From Coleofasciculus chthonoplastes F2-STO-03 (GTDB taxonomy: Bacteria; Cyanobacteriota; Cyanobacteriia; Cyanobacteriales; Coleofasciculaceae), in the NCBI GenBank assembly GCA_040222015.1, contig JAVJWO010000043.1:1-22603 (forward strand): DNA of 22,603 nt, given 5' to 3'. This document shows, piece by piece, positions 17,743 through 22,603 of the stretch (its first letter is position 1; each line of letters starts with the position of its first letter). The position numbers and the translations under genes are program-made. The notes under the pieces were generated by a model. The model had not been told where the DNA came from and did not search any database. It saw only the letters and a list, made by a program, of their open reading frames with translations.

Positions 17743-17886
17743 ATGAAACGATTTGAAGACCTTAAAACCATCCTTGAGATTATTGTAATCTTAGCGGCGC
17801 TGGCTGAATACCCCCTGCTGCTAGTGACGGCGGTTGTCGTTGTCTGGATGTATGTGCTAATCAACGATAAGGATATTGAAGGGTAG
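17743..17886 (+). CDS. Putative 47-aa hydrophobic membrane microprotein (not in the ORF track)
   Basis: MKRFEDLKTILEIIVILAALAEYPLLLVTAVVVVWMYVLINDKDIEG*: charged ends and a hydrophobic core broken by EYP; divergent from the HTH-ATPase gene. Confidence 0.6.
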   Translation: MKRFEDLKTILEIIVILAALAEYPLLLVTAVVVVWMYVLINDKDIEG

Positions 17887-18116
17887 AATTTCTATAGCCG
17901 TTGGTTTGACATAAGGGGAATTATCCTGATTGGGAAGTCTCTCAATTGTAAACAATTAACATTTAACTCCATCAGGTGCGAGACAATCTCAAATCTTCCT
18001 TTTAAAATCGAGAAAGCCACTTTTACTCTTATTCAAAACAATAAGTGGGTGGACACAATTAAAGTTAACAGTGGATATTGTCATTCGTCATTCATTTATG
18101 TAAGGGAACTTTAACG

Positions 18117-19142
18117 GTGAAACTGCACTGGCTACTTCCCAGTTTTCTCAGCTTTTTTTTGCTCTCCTTTCCAGCGCAAGCGGCGAGATTGCTCTCCTGG
18201 CGCTTTGATGCGAATCAAAATCAACTCGTCTTTACTACTGATGAAGGGGTACAACCCAGAGGGGAATTTCTTGCCAATCCCAACCGCCTGGTGATTGATT
18301 TACCCGGTATCCCCCTGGAGAACGCCAAATTAGAACAATTAGTCGGTGGTGCAGTGCGGGTGGTGCGTGTCAGTCAATTGAACCCCCAAACCACGCGCTT
18401 GGTGATTGAGTTTAATCCGGGTTATACGATTAATCCCCAACAGGTTCTATTGAAGGGATTCTCCCCTCGGATGTGGACAGTGCAGTTACCGCCAGCGCAA
18501 CAAGTTGTCCAATTAACCACACCCACCCCCCTACCGCTGCAAAATCCCGTCATACCGCCTATCACCAGCAATCCTCCTTTCCATAGTTCCCAAGTTCCCA
18601 ACCGCCGTATTGTGGTTATGGTTGATCCCGGACATGGGGGAAAAGATCCCGGTGCGATTGGATTAAATGGATTGCGGGAAAAGGATGTAATTTTGCCTAT
18701 TTCTCAACAAGTTGCCGCCATTTTACAGCAACAAGGGATTCAAGTGATTCTCACCCGAACCAGCGATTATTTTGTAGACTTAGCACCCCGCGTGGAGATG
18801 GCAAAACAAGCCCAAGCCGATTTATTTGTGAGTATCCATGCGAATGCGGTTGGTCGTCGTCCAGATGTGAATGGATTGGAAACTTATTATTACTCAAATG
18901 GGCAGCGTCTTGCCCAAACCATTCATAATAGTATTTTACAGAGAATGCAGATTCGCGATCGCGGCGTGAAACAAGCCCGATTTTACGTTCTGCGGAATAA
19001 TCCGATGCCCGCCGTTCTCGTGGAAGTTGGCTTTGTTACTGGACGAGAAGATAACCCACGCCTAGGGACACCCGAATACCAGAGCCAAATGGCAAGCGCG
19101 ATCGCACAAGGTATCTTACAGTATATTCAACAGAATCCATGA
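18117..19142 (+). CDS. amiC: N-acetylmuramoyl-L-alanine amidase (AMIN + Amidase_3)
   Basis: Signal peptide (V/M)KLHWLLPS...AQA; one AMIN domain (NPNRLVIDLPG, TTRLVIE); Pro-rich linker; DPGHGGKDPGA, EKDV, SIHANA, LVEVGF. GTG 18117 preferred over TTG 18078. Confidence 0.93.
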   Translation: MKLHWLLPSFLSFFLLSFPAQAARLLSWRFDANQNQLVFTTDEGVQPRGEFLANPNRLVIDLPGIPLENAKLEQLVGGAVRVVRVSQLNPQTTRLVIEFNPGYTINPQQVLLKGFSPRMWTVQLPPAQQVVQLTTPTPLPLQNPVIPPITSNPPFHSSQVPNRRIVVMVDPGHGGKDPGAIGLNGLREKDVILPISQQVAAILQQQGIQVILTRTSDYFVDLAPRVEMAKQAQADLFVSIHANAVGRRPDVNGLETYYYSNGQRLAQTIHNSILQRMQIRDRGVKQARFYVLRNNPMPAVLVEVGFVTGREDNPRLGTPEYQSQMASAIAQGILQYIQQNP

Positions 19143-19215
19143 ATTAACCATCAAGACCACGATACAGTTCAGTGAGCGCAACGTCTAGGTCAAGACTGAC
19201 AATTTAATCATCTGT

Positions 19216-20553
19216 TTATGGCTGAAGTTGCTGAAGTTTATTTTGGGCAGAGAGCAAAAGTTCTTGCGCTTTTGAATAGGATGTTGTCCCCGGTTGTACC
19301 TTATTCAGTTGATTAATAATACCCTGAAGCTGACTAATAGTCAGATTCTGATTAATCGCCGCATCGGTAGGCGTGTTGGCGAGCAAGCGTTGAATTTGAC
19401 GTTGAGCTTCCTCTAAGGCTTGTATTGATTCCGTCTCAGCAGAATAGCGTGTTTGGATAATTCCTAAGTTGGTTTCATAGGTAACAAGTAATTTTTGGGC
19501 TTCTAGATAACCTTGATCCTCTAGGGGAACTTTTTCTAACCGTGCGATCGCCTGTTGCCAAAGTTTGGCGATTTGCTGCCATTCGGTTGCAGTGTGGGGC
19601 GGATTTTGAGCCGCTTTAGCTGCCGCAAAAGCAAATTCTTGCGCCGCACCAATCAGGGAACCAGTACGCTGGTTATCTGCTGCAAAGCCAACCACTTGTT
19701 GAAAGTCTCGTTGGTAAGCTAGGAACTTGGTTTTCGCGGTTTTTCCGGCGAGGGTAGCTGAGGGGATTTGCTCGATTTGATCCAGTGCAGTTTGCCAGGA
19801 TGCGATCGCGTTTCGTTTTTCAGTGGGTGTTGCGGCTTGTTGATACTGCTGTTTGGCTTGATCGAGTGCAGATTCTGCTTTCTCTAGTTCAATCTGAGCA
19901 TTCTTCTCCTGAAATACCTTAGCTTCCATACGAGCTACATTAGTACGAGCGCTTTCAAATTCATCCAGGGTAAATTTCCAGCTACAGCTAAATAATCTAC
20001 AGTATAATTTGGGTTCGTAGCCTAAGAACCAGACCGGTAATTGATCTAAATGATTTTGAGCGAGTTTTACTTTGTCTTCCCCTAAACTAAAATCTGCTGC
20101 ACTGGTTGCATTATTAATCAGTTGATCGGCTTGCTCAACGTTACGAATAGTTTGGCGATAGTTATGATCCATACGGATATAACTGGGTAGTAGTAATATG
20201 GGAGCAGTCCGCGCCACTGGACGCCGGATCATGGGGTAGGGCAGATTTACCACCCAAACTAAACCCGCCATACTTCCCAAGATTACCCCTGTCCAAGCGA
20301 TTTTGCTGAATAGTTCTGGCGGCTGATTGGCAATGGCTGCTTTATTGAGTTCTTTTTCGCTGAATTGAGGTAAGACATCCACAACCGTGTCTCGCAGTTC
20401 GGCTAATGAAGCGGGAGAACCGGGTTGCGATCGCAGTTTTTTTAATCGCTTAAGGACAATTTCTCGTTCTACCTGATTTACTTGGCAGTCTCCGGTGCAG
20501 TGATGAACTTCTGCACAAAGGATTTTATAGGCGCGGTGATTGAGGCGATTCAT
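19216..20553 (-). CDS. Conserved hypothetical membrane-anchored alpha-helical protein
   Basis: Long ORF containing HIP1 sites; one TM segment (IAWTGVILGSMAGLVWVVNLPYP); Q/A/E/K-rich coiled coil. ATG 20553 preferred over TTG 20589. Confidence 0.8.
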   Translation of the reverse strand: MNRLNHRAYKILCAEVHHCTGDCQVNQVEREIVLKRLKKLRSQPGSPASLAELRDTVVDVLPQFSEKELNKAAIANQPPELFSKIAWTGVILGSMAGLVWVVNLPYPMIRRPVARTAPILLLPSYIRMDHNYRQTIRNVEQADQLINNATSAADFSLGEDKVKLAQNHLDQLPVWFLGYEPKLYCRLFSCSWKFTLDEFESARTNVARMEAKVFQEKNAQIELEKAESALDQAKQQYQQAATPTEKRNAIASWQTALDQIEQIPSATLAGKTAKTKFLAYQRDFQQVVGFAADNQRTGSLIGAAQEFAFAAAKAAQNPPHTATEWQQIAKLWQQAIARLEKVPLEDQGYLEAQKLLVTYETNLGIIQTRYSAETESIQALEEAQRQIQRLLANTPTDAAINQNLTISQLQGIINQLNKVQPGTTSYSKAQELLLSAQNKLQQLQP

Positions 20554-20652
20554 AGTGGAGATGCTCAATATTATTTTCCAGTGTGGCAAACCATTATCCC
20601 CTTTGTCTAGCTACGACAGGGGTTAGCCTCTCTGGAGCATTCTGCCTTGCTG

Positions 20653-22164
20653 CTAAGGTAACCAAAAATCAGGTAATACTGTCTTCCCCCAATCCCGTAC
20701 CATTTTATTAATCATCCGCCCCAGTTGAATATGAGGTTCATCAGGTTCAACCGGAATAATCGTAGCCTTATTTCCGTACCCAAAACGGTCAATTACTAAA
20801 TTTGCCGCCTCTAAACCAGTTATGTATGCCTTCTCCTGTGACCAAGAACCGTGATTCGTAACAATCCAATCCCCACTCATAAACACATTATTAATCGGAG
20901 TGGTCGCTGGCAGCAAATACTGATAACTTCCCGGTGCAAAATGCGTTACTCCTTGCGGTACACGAATCACACTGCTATCAATAACCTTGGCATCCCGGAA
21001 CTCTGGCACACAAGTGGCTAAATCACGATGAACCTTTGCCACAATTTGTTCATCACTCATCGGCAATAACTGATTCGCATGATAAAAATCTGCTTCAATG
21101 ACACTTCCCGGTTGATATGCATATTCATCATGCAACGCATTCAAATCAAAAAATGTCCACCCCGTCGTTGGATCAAAGCCAAAACAAGCATTAGACGGAT
21201 TCCGCAGAATAACTTTTCGGTCAAACCATAACCGGGTTGCCAGAACATCAATTCCGCCTAAGTTTCTCAAATTCCGGAATTCCGAATAGGCTGGCAAGCT
21301 ACTACTCGCACCGACAATTTTTTTCATGCCATTGACACTAACCGCAAAAATAACCGCATCGGCTTCAAAGACATCCTCGCCACAGACAACCGCTTTAGCC
21401 TTACCCCTATCGTCCAAGAGAATATCGTTTACCCGCTTATTCGTCAGCACTCGTCCCCTAGCTTTCTCAATCCGCTCCACCCAGGGTTTAAAAATCATCT
21501 CTGCCACCGTTCCCCGACACCAGACGACATCAAAATTAGGTTGGTGAGCCAAAATGAAGTAATAGAGCATTCCCAGGGCGGCGGCGGCTGAACATTGCTC
21601 ACCGGGAGCAAATAACCCCACCAATAGCATCGGTTCAAAGGAATCCCGATACAATCGGGCAGAGACACCAAACTGTTTAAAGAGTTCCCGGGCGGTTACC
21701 TGATCATAACGTCGCCATGCTTGATCAGAATTATCAAAATCAATCAGAGCATACAACAGAGGTAAAGCCGAAAGCCTGTCAATTAGAGGTAAGCGTCTAA
21801 ACTTGGGATAGAGAAACGTTCCCAATGGCGTAGGCAGCGGGAACTCATTCTGAAACAGAGGCGATTCTACTTCTAACCCAGCAGGAGAATATTGGGAGGA
21901 ATGGGTAAAAGGTGTGAAGGGTTGGAGCCCCAATTCGTTAACTAGACGAAAGATATTGCGATAGGGATACCAGAACCCATGAATACCCCCCTCGACTGAA
22001 CGTCCGCCAGAGGTTTTCCATCCAGCCACTAATCCACCGGGATAGGGGGCGGCTTCTAGAAGAGTAACATTGTAGCCTTGTTGAGCAAGATGATGAGTCG
22101 CCCCTAAACCTGCCCATCCTGCTCCAACGACGACTATCCGCTTTTGTGCTGACGCTTCTGACAT
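20653..22164 (-). CDS. FAD-dependent oxidoreductase (amine oxidase / phytoene-desaturase / HpnE-like)
   Basis: Rossmann motif VVVGAGWAGL...LLEA...GG; E.GIHGFW.PY.N; C-terminal FMSGDW...SQEKA..TG..AAN. Alternative start at 22176. Confidence 0.85.
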   Translation of the reverse strand: MSEASAQKRIVVVGAGWAGLGATHHLAQQGYNVTLLEAAPYPGGLVAGWKTSGGRSVEGGIHGFWYPYRNIFRLVNELGLQPFTPFTHSSQYSPAGLEVESPLFQNEFPLPTPLGTFLYPKFRRLPLIDRLSALPLLYALIDFDNSDQAWRRYDQVTARELFKQFGVSARLYRDSFEPMLLVGLFAPGEQCSAAAALGMLYYFILAHQPNFDVVWCRGTVAEMIFKPWVERIEKARGRVLTNKRVNDILLDDRGKAKAVVCGEDVFEADAVIFAVSVNGMKKIVGASSSLPAYSEFRNLRNLGGIDVLATRLWFDRKVILRNPSNACFGFDPTTGWTFFDLNALHDEYAYQPGSVIEADFYHANQLLPMSDEQIVAKVHRDLATCVPEFRDAKVIDSSVIRVPQGVTHFAPGSYQYLLPATTPINNVFMSGDWIVTNHGSWSQEKAYITGLEAANLVIDRFGYGNKATIIPVEPDEPHIQLGRMINKMVRDWGKTVLPDFWLP

Positions 22165-22312
22165 CCTTGCTCTCATAACTCTCTCTTTATTTAGGATGCC
22201 ATGATTAGTCGGGCTTGCGTCAGCCCAACTCTGCCCAAATTAATGAATACGGTTTCGGTTTACGATTAAGGTGAGTCCGGCTCAAGCGGCTGACATTGAG
22301 AGCCAAGAGTCC

Positions 22313-22468
22313 ATCGGAGATGTCACCCGCCTGCGCCAAATTCTCATCAATTTGTTGAGTAATGCAATTAAGTTCACGGATGTGGGGGAAGTTAGCGTTT
22401 CCGTAAAGGTTGAACATTGCTATGTCACCGATTCTAGTCAAAACCAGGATAGCCATACATTGCGGTTC
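22313..22468 (+). pseudogene. Histidine kinase HATPase_c fragment (N-box only)
   Basis: [31 protein letters not shown]...LRF; no H-box upstream, and similarity ends just before the expected DTGIG G1 box. Confidence 0.8.
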
Positions 22469-22603
22469 TTCAGTACTTATTATGCTAAATTGTTAGTTGA
22501 AATATTCAAAGCCTTTATATAACAAAAGGTTTGGGCGTTATCTGGATGTTTTTCTCAATTTTGAATAGCTGAGGCGCTACAATTATTATGGGGCTTGGTT
22601 TTT

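Larger units (their letters stand above)
929..20434. repeat. HIP1 octamers (GCGATCGC), at least 15 dispersed copies
   Basis: Seen at 929, 2719, 4662, 4905, 8999, 9391, 11572, 11683, 12542, 17597, 18955, 19098, 19544, 19802 and 20427. Confidence 0.9.

Noticed and set aside
17743..19142. Prophage holin-endolysin cassette
   Set aside because: The amidase has its own signal peptide and AMIN domain, typical of host AmiC, and no phage genes are present.
21326..22456. ORFs 21326-21547 (+) and 22220-22456 (-)
   Set aside because: Antisense shadows of the oxidoreductase and the kinase fragment.

Overview
Chromosomal window from a cyanobacterium, probably filamentous: at least 15 HIP1 octamers (GCGATCGC), STRR heptamer arrays and many REP/MITE-like intergenic repeats. 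Left to right: a TIGR04282/TIGR04283 glycosyltransferase pair split by a 1067-aa secreted DUF11-repeat protein; a PPC-like protein; an orphan SPPY-type DNA amino-methyltransferase; ilvE; an M61 peptidase-PDZ; a SyCRP2-like Crp regulator; dxr; a HIP1-free accessory island; amiC; a membrane-anchored helical-repeat protein; an FAD-dependent carotenoid/hopanoid-type oxidoreductase; and a histidine-kinase fragment. The best candidate for an undescribed system is the island at about 13.1-17.9 kb. It holds a membrane-anchored STAND-like ATPase, a PD-(D/E)XK nuclease-fold protein and an internally deleted HTH-ATPase. It also has a divergent 47-aa hydrophobic microprotein missed by the ORF track and six helically phased gTCArc motifs between the divergent genes. 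Intergenic DNA shows nested miniature elements inserted into the hairpins of other repeats. Family assignments come from motif recognition only; no searches were run.
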